Shown in pieces: positions 12,736 through 23,270 of a stretch of DNA of 64,000 bases (position 1 is the first letter of the stretch; each line of letters begins with the position of its first letter). The translations under genes were made by a program, and so were the position numbers. Source of the DNA: an uncultured Verrucomicrobiae bacterium. Lineage in GTDB: Bacteria > Verrucomicrobiota > Verrucomicrobiia > Chthoniobacterales > Chthoniobacteraceae. The notes beneath the pieces are model-generated. The model saw nothing but the letters and a program-made list of their open reading frames with translations. It did no database searches and was not told the origin of the DNA. Location: the NCBI GenBank assembly GCA_963828525.1, contig CAWHEP010000014.1:256001-320000 (forward strand). Direction: 5' to 3'.

Positions 12736-14107
12736 CTAAATGATCTCGCCTACGAGATCGTAGACCTGCGTGCCAGTGATCCGGACCTGGGCAAACTCTC
12801 CCACCGTTCCCGGCGTTGTGAGAATGACCTGCCCATCCACCTCGGGCGCGTCGAACTCGCTCCGGGCGACGAAAGGCTGTTCCACGAGCGCCTTTATCTC
12901 CCTGCCGAGCATGGCCCGGCAAGTCTCTCCCGCGATCCGTTGCTGGAGCTCCATGGCCCGCCGGTAACGGGAGGTTTTTACCCTGGCTGAAATCTGGCCC
13001 GGCATCTTTGCGGCGCGCGACCCCTGCTCTCGCGAGTAAGTGAAAACACCCAGCCGCTCAAACCGCATGCGTTCGATGAACTCCAGCAGCGATTCGAAAT
13101 GCTCGTCCGTTTCTCCAGGGAAACCCACGATGAAGGTCGTCCGCAACGCCACACCCGGAATGAGCGTTCGCAGGCCGGCGATTACCTCTTCAATATGCTC
13201 GCGCGACGTCTCCCTCCGCATTAAATCCAGCATCTCAGGATGGATGTGCTGCAGCGGCATATCGATGTAACGCGCGATCTTCCTGCTTCTGCCGATAACC
13301 TCCATCAGTTCCGCGCTCCAGTGCGCGGGATGCGTGTAAAGCAGCCGTACCCAGAAGTCTCCCTCGATTTGCTCGATCTCCTCCAGCAGACGCGTGAGCG
13401 TGGGGCCGCGCGAGGAATCGACCGGTTGCGTCGGGTTCGCCCGCAAATCCCACAGATCCATCCCAAAGTAGGTCGTATCCTGGCTGATGAGGTTGATTTC
13501 TTTTACTCCCTCCGCCACGAGGTTGCGAATCTCAGCCACCACGGAGGAGATTGCGCGGCTCCGATGCCGTCCGCGCATCTGCGGGATGACGCAGAAGCTG
13601 CAGGGATGGTTGCACCCCTCCGCGATCTTCACGTAACTCGTGTGCGCAGGAGTCAGCCGAAACCTCGGCGTATCGTAGTCTGGAATGAATTTGGAGCGGC
13701 CTGTGACAAAGTTAAGGGGCACAGGGCTTTCAGCGGCTGGTGGCTGGGCCAGCACGTTTTCAATGATCTCTCCCATCGACGCGATCTGATCCAGACCGAT
13801 GAAGGCGCTCACTTCCGGCAGATCGTTCACGAGTTCCTTCGAGAACCGCTGCGCCATGCAGCCGGCTGACAATCAGCTTCTGCCCCGGCTTCCTTCCGAG
13901 GCCGCGCTCCCGGTGCGCGTCGAGGATGGCCTCTACCGATTCTTCCTTTGCGGAATCGATGAAGGCGCACGTGTTCACGATCAGGACATCCGCTTCCTCA
14001 GATTCGGATGTGACCTCCATCCCGTGCCGGACCGCCCCGCCGAGCATGATCTCGGCGTCCACGAGGTTCTTCGCGCAGCCAAGGCTTATCATTCCTACTT
14101 TCGGCAT
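12736..14107 (-). CDS. rimO: Ribosomal protein S12 methylthiotransferase RimO (frameshifted near 13865)
   Basis: [19 protein letters not shown], radical SAM motif [11 protein letters not shown]-terminal DAPEVDG TRAM region. Confidence 0.93.
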
Positions 14108-14119
14108 CGGATTCCTCGT

Positions 14120-15082
14120 TTACTGAATCGCCACCGAGGTTTCATAGGGAACGGGTATCCCGTTCTTCTCAATGAGAACCGCGCCCGTGTCACGGACGGT
14201 GATCCAGAACTTCCCGCCTCTGAAGGTCAATCCCTGGGTGTTGGGGTAGAGCCAATCCTCATAAATGGGCGGCGAGCTTTCGGCATCCTTCCACACGGTA
14301 ACCCATGTTTTCTTGATGGGTTTCAGCACCACTTCGTTTGAGGGGGCCACGCTCGCCGCTGCCTCGGGACTTGGCGACGCCACGACTGGAGCCAATGGAA
14401 GCACTGGCTCCGCCCGGCGTACCTGGATCTCTGCTGGAGGAGGCGGAATCACAGGGCGGGCTGGGGCAGGGGTGGTCATCGGCGAGGCAGCGGGCGACGG
14501 CGGCGGACGTTGCGGCAGCATCACAGCCTGCGCCGCGACGCCAGGATTTATGGCCGATACGATCTTGTCATCCGCGATTTCCGCTGGAGCCGGTGCTACG
14601 GGAGGCGATCGCTGTATTACGAGCGGCGTCTGCTCCGGGAGAGCCTTCTTCGCCTCTGCGGGGGAGATAAGCTCAAGACGTTGCAGGCTCACCACGAGAT
14701 ACATCACTCCCACTCCTACCACCACGAGGAAAGCGATCACCCCGCCTATGATCAGAACCGGCTTTGTCTCGGGCCGCGGTTCACGCCGGTAAACAGCCGG
14801 GCGCGCTCCCGGCGTGTTGTTGAGATACTGGTAATCGTCCAGACCCACGGGCGCGGCATGTCCGAAACCGGCGGCATAGTCCGCGACATCCACGCCCAGA
14901 TACTTCGCGTAGATCATGAGAAATCCCTTCGCGTATGTCATGTTCGGGAAGTTCGCGTAGGTATCGTTCTCGAGATCGGTGATGCGCTCCGCTCGCACCT
15001 TCGTCGCGCGGGCGGCGTCTTCGATCGAAATCTGCTTTTTCAATCGCGCCTGCTGAAGTCTTTTCCCGACTGTTTCTACCAT
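14120..15082 (-). CDS. rodZ: RodZ-like HTH/transmembrane/DUF4115 protein
   Basis: N-terminal HTH (GKRLQQARLKKQISIEDAARATKV...YAKGFLMIYAKYLG), single TM helix, Pro-rich linker; conserved ftsK-rodZ-rimO synteny. Confidence 0.8.
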   Translation of the reverse strand: MVETVGKRLQQARLKKQISIEDAARATKVRAERITDLENDTYANFPNMTYAKGFLMIYAKYLGVDVADYAAGFGHAAPVGLDDYQYLNNTPGARPAVYRREPRPETKPVLIIGGVIAFLVVVGVGVMYLVVSLQRLELISPAEAKKALPEQTPLVIQRSPPVAPAPAEIADDKIVSAINPGVAAQAVMLPQRPPPSPAASPMTTPAPARPVIPPPPAEIQVRRAEPVLPLAPVVASPSPEAAASVAPSNEVVLKPIKKTWVTVWKDAESSPPIYEDWLYPNTQGLTFRGGKFWITVRDTGAVLIEKNGIPVPYETSVAIQ

Positions 15083-15095
15083 TTTGCCTTTGCGC

Positions 15096-17480
15096 TCAAT
15101 ACGCGATGGCGTCGAGATCTTTCAGGATTTCGCGGGGCTTGGCCCCTTCGCCGGCTGCTACGTATCCGCGCTGTTCCAGTATGTCAACCACGCGCGCCGC
15201 GCGCGTGTAGCCGAGGCGCAGCCGCCGCTGGAAGAGCGAAGTGGACGCCTTTTTCTCCTGTCGCATGATCTCGATGCATTTCTGCACCAGCTCCTCATCC
15301 TCCTCCGTCACCTCCTCGTCGATCTCTCCCTTGGACTCGAGCCTGTCGTGAATCTCGGATTCATACACCGGGGCGCCCTGCGCGGAGACGAAATCCACCA
15401 GCCTTCGGATTTCCTCATCCGTCACAAGCACTCCCTGGGTTCGGATCACCCGTGACGTGCCAGGTGGAACGTAGAGCATGTCCCCCTGGCCAAGTAGGCG
15501 CTCGGCGCCATTTTCGTCCAAAATCACCCGGCTGTCGATCTTGGTCGCCACCTGGAATGCGATTCGGCTTGGGATGTTGGCCTTTATCACTCCCGTGACA
15601 ATGTCCGCCCGTGGCGTCTGCGTCGCCACGATCATGTGGATCCCCGCCGCGCGCGCCATCTGCGTGATCCGCGCGATTGCGCTCTCGACGTCTGCTGGAG
15701 CTGTCTGCATCAAATCGGCGAGCTCGTCGATGATCACGACGATATAGTGCATGCGTTCCGGGATGATGATGTTGTCCTCATCTCTCGGAACCTGGATCCG
15801 AATCGGCTCCTCATCCTCCTCTTCCTCGCCCATCCCTTCGGGTCGCGGTGGGAGCAGCTCTTTTTCAGCGTCCAGCTCCTTCTGGGATTTGAGTTTCGGC
15901 CTTGCGTTGAAGCCCGAGATATTCCTTACCGAGGTCTTCGCGAAGATCTTGTACCGCTTCTCCATTTCGTCGATGATGTACCGCAGTGCCAGCAACACCT
16001 TTTTGGGGTCCGTTACGACGGGGACGATGAGATGCGGAAGCTTGTTGTACATCTGCATCTCGACCACCTTCGGATCGATCATGATCAGGCGGAGTTCGTC
16101 CGGCGTAAACCGGTAGAGCATGCTCGCCACCAGCGCGTTGATGCAGACGCTCTTCCCACTACCCGTGGTGCCTGCCACGAGGCAGTGCGGCATCTGCGCA
16201 AGGTCTGCGAGGATGCTCTTGCCATAGACATCTTTTCCGAGCGCCAGCGGAATCTTGGCGGTTGTCTGCTCCCACTCTTCGGATTCCAGCAGCTCCCGCA
16301 ATGTCACTTTCTGCTTCCGCGAGTTCGCGATTTCGATGCCTACCGTGTCTTTCCCCGGGATGGGAGCAAGGATGTTGATCCTCTCCGCTCTTGTCGCGCG
16401 AGCGATATCCCTCTCCAAACTCACGATTTTATCCACCCGAACACCCTTCGCGGGATACACTTCGTAGCGGGTGATCGTTGGACCCTTGGTGATGTCACCG
16501 GGGGAAACGACGATCCCAAACTGCGCGAGCGTTTCGATGACTGTTGCCTGTATCTGCTTTAACTCCGCTGGCTTTAATACATCTCGGTCATCTTCCCGGA
16601 CCTCGTCGAGCAGGTCGAAGCCGGGCAGCACATAGTTCTCCAGACTCAGCGGCTCCGATGGAACCAGTTTTTTCTCAACAACCTTCTTGGGGAGGGCGGC
16701 GTAATCGATCACCTTCGGCGCGGGCCTCAATGGCAATTCATCTGGGGAAGTCTCTTCCGGCGGTTTCGCGGGCACTCCCTTGCGGGTGAGCACCTTTTCC
16801 AGTTTCTTCGCCTCGCGGGCGAGCCGCTTCTCTTCCAGTATCAGGCGTTCCCGCTCATCCGCTCCGGCTATCCTGTTTTTGCGATAAGCGTCCAGCAGCC
16901 TGCCGGGCATGCCCGTTGCGGAGCGCAAGGCATGAATCGGCTGAATGCCTGTCATCAGGATCACTGTCGTGACATAAAAACAGCTCAGGAGGATGCCCGC
17001 GCCCACCATGCCCAGCGAATTCCGCAGCAGCCGTTCTCCCACCCAGTAACCGAGCCACCCGCCTGCCCCCGCGCTGTGGCTGGCAATATTCATCGCGTGG
17101 GGCCAATCGCCGAGAAACCAGGGCTGGAGATGCAGGATGCACGCTCCGCAGACGACGAACGCCACAATCCATAAGGAGCGTGGTGTCAATCGGAACGTGG
17201 TCGAAAGCAACTTAACCCCTCCAAATCCCAACATTGCCGCCGCGACCAGATAGGAAGCCGCTCCCATTATAAAATAGGAACACGCCGCCACAATCGCGCC
17301 AGTCGGCCCAATGAAGTTCTGCGCCGGGTGATTCGGTCGTGAGGTCGCGCTCAGGGGAAACCAGCCGGGCAGATCACGCGGCGTATAGGAGATCAGCGCC
17401 AGGAAAAAGAGCGTTCCCACTCCCAGCATGATCAATCCTATGACTTCGTTCAGTGTGCGGTTCTCCGGAGCGCGGGACAT
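15096..17480 (-). CDS. ftsK: DNA translocase FtsK
   Basis: N-terminal TM helices, Walker A GTTGSGKS, IIDELADLM, RAAGIH, C-terminal gamma domain LQRRLRLGYTRAAR-like. Confidence 0.97.
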   Translation of the reverse strand: MSRAPENRTLNEVIGLIMLGVGTLFFLALISYTPRDLPGWFPLSATSRPNHPAQNFIGPTGAIVAACSYFIMGAASYLVAAAMLGFGGVKLLSTTFRLTPRSLWIVAFVVCGACILHLQPWFLGDWPHAMNIASHSAGAGGWLGYWVGERLLRNSLGMVGAGILLSCFYVTTVILMTGIQPIHALRSATGMPGRLLDAYRKNRIAGADERERLILEEKRLAREAKKLEKVLTRKGVPAKPPEETSPDELPLRPAPKVIDYAALPKKVVEKKLVPSEPLSLENYVLPGFDLLDEVREDDRDVLKPAELKQIQATVIETLAQFGIVVSPGDITKGPTITRYEVYPAKGVRVDKIVSLERDIARATRAERINILAPIPGKDTVGIEIANSRKQKVTLRELLESEEWEQTTAKIPLALGKDVYGKSILADLAQMPHCLVAGTTGSGKSVCINALVASMLYRFTPDELRLIMIDPKVVEMQMYNKLPHLIVPVVTDPKKVLLALRYIIDEMEKRYKIFAKTSVRNISGFNARPKLKSQKELDAEKELLPPRPEGMGEEEEDEEPIRIQVPRDEDNIIIPERMHYIVVIIDELADLMQTAPADVESAIARITQMARAAGIHMIVATQTPRADIVTGVIKANIPSRIAFQVATKIDSRVILDENGAERLLGQGDMLYVPPGTSRVIRTQGVLVTDEEIRRLVDFVSAQGAPVYESEIHDRLESKGEIDEEVTEEDEELVQKCIEIMRQEKKASTSLFQRRLRLGYTRAARVVDILEQRGYVAAGEGAKPREILKDLDAIAY

Positions 17481-17640
17481 TCAGCCCATACTATGCAAGC
17501 GCCATGCCTAACACAAGGACGACACGCCGTTCTCGCGGTGGCGGATGAGCATCGATATGGAGTCACACCGCCCTCCCCGCGTCGAAAAATCCGTTCTATT
17601 CGGACTTTGCATCCGCTCCCCGCGGTTCTATCCTCGTCGG

Positions 17641-18678
17641 ATGAATCTGGCAAAGGTCGCCGTGGTGGGAGCCACTGGCTACTCTGGAGAAGAGCTTGTT
17701 CGTCTGCTTTCCCGGCACCCCGGCGTGGAAGTGGCGAGCGTGACCTCGCGCCAGCATGCCGGGAAGGCGCTCCAGGAGATTTATCCCCGGTTCAGAGGGC
17801 AGCCGGTCGGGGAACTCCAGTTCACCCCTTCGGAACCCGCCAACATCGTCGAAAGCGGAGCAAAGATTGCTTTCCTTGCCCTGCCGCACGGGGTCGCGGC
17901 GGGCATCGCGGTCCCCCTCCTGGATCTCGGCGCGCGTGTGATCGACCTAAGCGCTGATTTTCGGCTGAAAGACGAGGCGGTTTACCAGGAATATTACGGC
18001 GCCCCCCATCTCGCGCCGGGTCTTCTCGCGCGCGGTGTATACGGCCTGCCGGAGATCCATCGCGCGGCCATCACTCAGGCGTCTCTTGTGGCGTCGCCCG
18101 GGTGTTACCCGACAAGCATTATTCTCCCTCTAGCGCCACTTCTCAGGGAGGGATTGATCGAGCCAGACAGCATCGCCATCGTGAGCCTGAGCGGCGTCAG
18201 CGGTGGAGGTCGCAAGGCCGAGATCGAATATTCGTTTGTGGAATGCAACGAAAGCGCCCGGCCTTACGGCGTCCCCAAGCACCGGCATCTCGCCGAGATC
18301 GAGCAGGAACTGACGCTCCTGGCAGGGAAGAACACGCGGATAAACTTCACCCCCGTGCTCGTTCCTCTGAATCGCGGGATTCTTTCAACAATCTACTGCC
18401 GCCCCTCTGTTGGCGTAACTCCTGCTCGCATTTCGGAGGCGATGGCTGGGGCCTACAAATCCGAACGATTTGTCAGGCTGCTTCCCGAACCACTCTTTCC
18501 CGACCTCAAGAATGTCACTTACACCAATTTTATCGATATCGCCTGGAGGCATGATCCTCGCACAGGGCGCGTCATACTCATGAGCGCCCTGGATAATTTG
18601 GTGAAGGGCGCGTCCGGCCAGGCTTTGCAGTCGCTGAACCTGATGCTCGGTTGCCCCGAAGAGACCGCTCTCCTGTAG
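17641..18678 (+). CDS. argC: N-acetyl-gamma-glutamyl-phosphate reductase
   Basis: GATGYSG, DLSADFRL, SPGCYPT, DNLVKGASGQA. Confidence 0.97.
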   Translation: MNLAKVAVVGATGYSGEELVRLLSRHPGVEVASVTSRQHAGKALQEIYPRFRGQPVGELQFTPSEPANIVESGAKIAFLALPHGVAAGIAVPLLDLGARVIDLSADFRLKDEAVYQEYYGAPHLAPGLLARGVYGLPEIHRAAITQASLVASPGCYPTSIILPLAPLLREGLIEPDSIAIVSLSGVSGGGRKAEIEYSFVECNESARPYGVPKHRHLAEIEQELTLLAGKNTRINFTPVLVPLNRGILSTIYCRPSVGVTPARISEAMAGAYKSERFVRLLPEPLFPDLKNVTYTNFIDIAWRHDPRTGRVILMSALDNLVKGASGQALQSLNLMLGCPEETALL

Positions 18679-18704
18679 GGCGCGCGCGAGTCTCACAGCA
18701 TTTT

Positions 18705-19922
18705 ATGACTGCTCCATTTGTTCAGATCGGCGGAGGCATCGCGGCCCCAGAGGGGTTCCAGGCCGGAAGCATTTATTGCGGGATCAAGGAAGGCAATGAG
18801 AGCAAAGCCGACCTCGCGCTCATACATTCCTCCTGCCCCGCTGTGGCGGCGGCAACCTTTACGACGAACCGGGTAAAAGCCGCTCCCGTCCGGGTCTCGG
18901 CCGCCCACCTCCGGAGCAAGGACATTCGCGCCATTGTGGCGAACAGCGGCAACGCGAATGCTTGCACAGGCCTGGTCGGCATCGAACACGCAAAAAGAAT
19001 GACCAAGGCGGCAGCCGAATCTCTTCGGGCTTAAGCAGAACCAGGTGATGGTCTGTTCCACTGGACGCATCGGCATTGAACTGCCCATCGCAAAGATGGA
19101 GGCCAGCATCAAAGATATGTCGAAAAATCTCAGCAAGGAGGGGAGTCTGGACACCGCCCGCGCGATCATGACCAGCGATACCTTCCCGAAGGAAATCGCC
19201 GTCGAATTTGAGGTCGAAGGTGAGCGCGTCCGCTTGGGCGGGATCGCCAAGGGCGCGGGTATGATCGATCCGAACATGGCCACCATGCTCTGCTTCCTCA
19301 CGACGGACGCGGCAATCGGCAAAAAAGACCTCTCCAAGGCTCTCTCAGTGGCTGTCGAGCAATCGTTCAATCGCATCACCATTGATGGAGATATGAGCAC
19401 GAACGACACGGTGATCCTCATTGCGAACGGAAACGCCCAAAAGAAACAGATGTCCTGCCGAACCCAGCTGGTTTCGAATTGTTCCAACGCGCGCTGAACT
19501 ATGTCACCTGCGATCTCTCCCGCATGATTGTGGAGGACGGTGAGGGCATCACGAGGATGGTCGATATCCATGTTCGTGGCGCAAACGACGTTTCAGGACG
19601 CCCGCAAAGCTTCTCGCGCGATTGCCCGATCCTGCCTCGTAAAGTGCGCGTGGTTCGGCGGAGATCCCAATTGGGGCCGCATCCTCGACGCCCTCGGTTA
19701 CTCGGAGCCCGCATCCGTGAAGAGATGGTGGATATTTACTACGACGGGGTTATAGCGGTGAAAAATGGAATTGCCAGCAAGACGCCCGTTTCGAAACTTC
19801 GCGAGGTGGTTGCGAAGGAAAAATTTACGATTACGATTGATCTCCAACTTGGGTCGGCGGAATACACGATTTACACGACAGACCTGAGCACGAAATACGT
19901 CGAACTGAATATGGGGGAATGA
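18705..19922 (+). CDS. argJ: Bifunctional ornithine acetyltransferase ArgJ (several frameshifts)
   Basis: FTTNRVKAAPV, NSGNANACTG, KGAGMIDPNMATML, DGDMSTND, GGDPNWGRI, TDLS..YV spread over several frames. Confidence 0.93.
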
Positions 19923-19926
19923 ACTG

Positions 19927-20805
19927 ATGTCGTTCGAAACAACTTTTGCTCGTGCCGAGGCATTGATCGAGGCGCTTCCATTCATTCAAAATTCCGCGGC
20001 AAGCTCGTCGTAATCAAATATGGCGGGAGCGCCATGGATGATGATCACGTGGTGGATCGGATGCTGCGCGACGTAGTATTTCTTGAGGCCGTTGGCATTA
20101 ATCCCGTCGTCGTGCATGGCGGTGGCAAGGCGATCACCGTCAAGATGCGCGAGGCGGGCTTGAAACCGAAATTCGTGAACGGCCTTGCGCGTCACCGACG
20201 AGCAATCGATCGGCATCGTCGAGGATGTGCTTGATAACGCGATCAACCCGAAAATTGTGAAGTCGCTCAAGGAATTCGGCGGCAAGGCGATTGGCATCTC
20301 CGGCAAGCGCATCTTCAAGGCGCACAGGTTGCCCCCTCAGACCGAGGGGAAGAACACCGGCATCGATCTCGGTTTCGTCGGCGAGGTGGTGGATGTCGAT
20401 CTTACGGAGATTCAACGCGCCATCTCCGAAGAGAGTGTCCCGGTCATCTCTCCGATCGCCCAAGGCGAGAACGGGGTTGCCTTGAATGTAAATGCGGATC
20501 TGGCTTCCGGAGCGATCGCCAGCGGACTTAAGGCTTCAAAACTCATCTTCCTCAGCGACGTGCTTGGAATCATGCGCGACCCGCGTGAAAAGGACTCCCT
20601 TATCCCTTCTGTTAATCGCGAGATGATTGAAAAGCTTCTGGAAGACGAAGTGATCGAAGGGGGGATGATCCCTAAAGTCCAGGCCGCCATGCTCGCGTTG
20701 AGCAACGGAGTCGGTAAAGTGCATCTGATCGATGGACGGATTCCGCACTCCATTCTTCTTGAGATATTCACGAACTCCGGCGTGGGCACGGAAGTCGTGC
20801 CTTAA
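19927..20805 (+). CDS. argB: Acetylglutamate kinase (frameshifted)
   Basis: [40 protein letters not shown]. Confidence 0.93.
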
Positions 20806-20879
20806 GCAGCGGGTCGCAACGTTCGTCGGCGTTTCACCTCTTCTCTTTGTTTCTTTTTTGTCGTGGCTCCTAATTTCGC

Positions 20880-22239
20880 ATGAGTGATATTTCACCACCG
20901 CCAATCCGAAACTGCGGATCAGGATGCAACGACGCGGGAGCTTTTCCGCGACTTCGTCGTTCCAACCTACGGCCGCTTCGACCTTTGCATCTCCAGCGGT
21001 GCTGGTTGCCGGGTAGCAGACGACTGCGGCAGATCTTATCTGGATTTTGGCGCGGGGATCGCCGTCTGCTCGATCGGCCATTCCCACCCGAAAGTCACGG
21101 AAGTGTTGACCCGCCAGTCTCAGACGCTGGGGCATACGTCAAACCTGTATTATTCGGAATTGCAGGGACTGCTTGCGAGGAAGCTCGTTCAGCTATGTGG
21201 GGACATCCAGGGAAGATATTCTTCTGTAATAGCGGGGCCGAGGCCAACGAGGCGCTGTATAAGCTGGCCCGCAAGTTTGGCAACGAGGCGACTCCTCCCG
21301 CGCCGCGCCACACGTTGGCGAATGGGTGGAATCTTACCAAAGCCGCGGCGAGATCATAACGTTCGACGGTTCTTTCCACGGTCGCACCCTTGCCGGGATA
21401 TCCGGCGACCGGTCAGCGAAAGGTGAAGGCGGGGTTTGAGCCCATGGTCAATGGGCTTCGTGCAGGTGCCTTTCGACGATGCTCCCGCGCTCCTCTCGGC
21501 CATTACCCCGCAGACCGTTGCCGTTTTATTGGAACCCATCCAGGGTGAACGCGGCATCTGGCCATGCGCTCCCCATTTTCTCAAGGCTGTGCGCGGCATC
21601 TGCGACGACCACGGCCTTCTGCTGCTGCTCGATGAGATCCAATGTGGGCTCGGGAGGACAGGGGATTGGTGCGGTTGGAAGACGCTCGTCGGCGATTCTG
21701 TTGTTCCGGACGCGGTGAGTTGGGCCAAGGGCATCGCCGGCGGTTATCCCATGGGGGCCGTTTGGATTGGGGATCGTCCCGTTTCCTTGAAGGCCGGTGG
21801 AGAAGTGGTGCTCTGCGATTTGCTCGGCCCCGGCTCGCACGGCACGACGTTTGGCGGCGCGCCTCTCGCGTGCGCGGTGCGCTTGCGGTGCTGGAAGTCG
21901 TGGAGCAAGAGAACTTGCTCGAAAATGCGCGAACACTGGGCGCGTACGCTCTGGAGGAGCTTCGCAATTTGGACTCCCCGGCAAATTTCTGCTGTCAGGG
22001 GCGTTGGTCTCATGCTCGGCATTGACTTGTCGGAGGATGTCCAGCTCGGCGATGCGAACAGGGCGGCGAGCCTCGCTTTCGTGGATCTGCTCCACTCCAG
22101 GGGTTTGCTCAGCGTGCCATCCGGCACTCACAGTATCCGCTGGCTTCCCCCTCTGAACGTCACAAAGTCGGAGGTCGATGAGGCGATTGACATTCTGCGC
22201 GCCGCGCTCCGTGACGTGCCCATGGGACCTGCAAAGTGA
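20880..22239 (+). CDS. argD: Acetylornithine aminotransferase (frameshifted)
   Basis: YLDFGAGIAV, GHTSNLY, NSGAEANE, EPIQGE, DEIQCGLGRTG, AKGIAGG, HGTTFGG. Confidence 0.92.
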
Positions 22240-23144
22240 AGAACTTTCTCTCCGTCGAAGCTCTCACCGAGCGGGACATCAATGACGTGATTTCGCTCTC
22301 TGAGGAGTTGAAGAGGAGCAGGGGAGTATCTGCCGATCTGCCCCTGAAAGGACAGGTTTGGGCGATGATCTTCACAAAATCTTCGACTCGCACCCGGGTC
22401 AGCTTTGAGGTCGGTATCAGCGAATTGGGCGGCACCGCCATGTTTCTTTCAAGCGCCGATACACAGCTTGGCAGAGGCGAGCCGGTTAAGGACACCGCCC
22501 GCGTCGTTGGCAGGATGGCGCGCGGAGCGATCATACGGACTTTCGCGCAGAGCGATGTGGAGGAGTTTGCCGACTTCAGCGGGATTCCTACGGTGAATGC
22601 TCTCACCGATGAGGAGCATCCCTGTCAGATTCTGGCCGATCTCTTTACCATCCGGGAAAAATTCGGGACCCTTGAAGGTCGCTCGATTTGTTTCGTCGGA
22701 GATGGCGCGTGCAACGTCTGCCGTTCCTGGATCTGGGCTGCCGCGCGGTTGGGGCTCGAGCTTGAGGATTGCTGCTCCGCTGGTTACCAGCCCGCGCCAG
22801 AGCTCCTTCAAAGGCCGGCGGTTGCGTGACATGCACGGAAGACCTCGCCGCCGCCGCTGCTGGAGCGTCAGTCCTTTATACGGATGTTTGGGTGAGCATG
22901 GGGAAGGAAGAGGAGGCTCCCCTCCGTTCGGAGCGGCTGGCGCGCTTACCAGATAAATGCGGATTTGGTGCAGGTCGCCGCGCCGGATGCTCTCGTAATG
23001 CATTGCCTTCCCGCCTATCGAGGAAAGGAGATCACGGAGGATGTGTTTGAAGCTCATGCCACCACGATCTTCGACCAGGCTGAAAATCGTCTCCATGTGC
23101 AGAAAGCGATTCTTTCGATACTCGCGCGGAGAGCCTCGCTGTAG
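22236..23144 (+). CDS. argF: Ornithine carbamoyltransferase (frameshifted)
   Basis: SSTRTRVSF, HPCQILAD, YTDVWVSMG, HCLPAYRG, DQAENRLH. Confidence 0.95.
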
Positions 23145-23270
23145 CCGCTCCGCCCAGCCGGCTTCTACCGGAAGTCTCCACTGGGAGAGGCTGGAATTTA
23201 GCGGGAATTAGGGTTGCCTCTCTTCTGGCGCTCCATTTAGATTGCCCGCTCATCTTCTGGAAATCCCCTT

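Noticed and set aside
18705..23144. Programmed frameshifting or pseudogenisation of the arg operon
   Set aside because: Indels are scattered through many unrelated essential genes with no shared slippery-site/hairpin signature; sequencing error is the simpler explanation.
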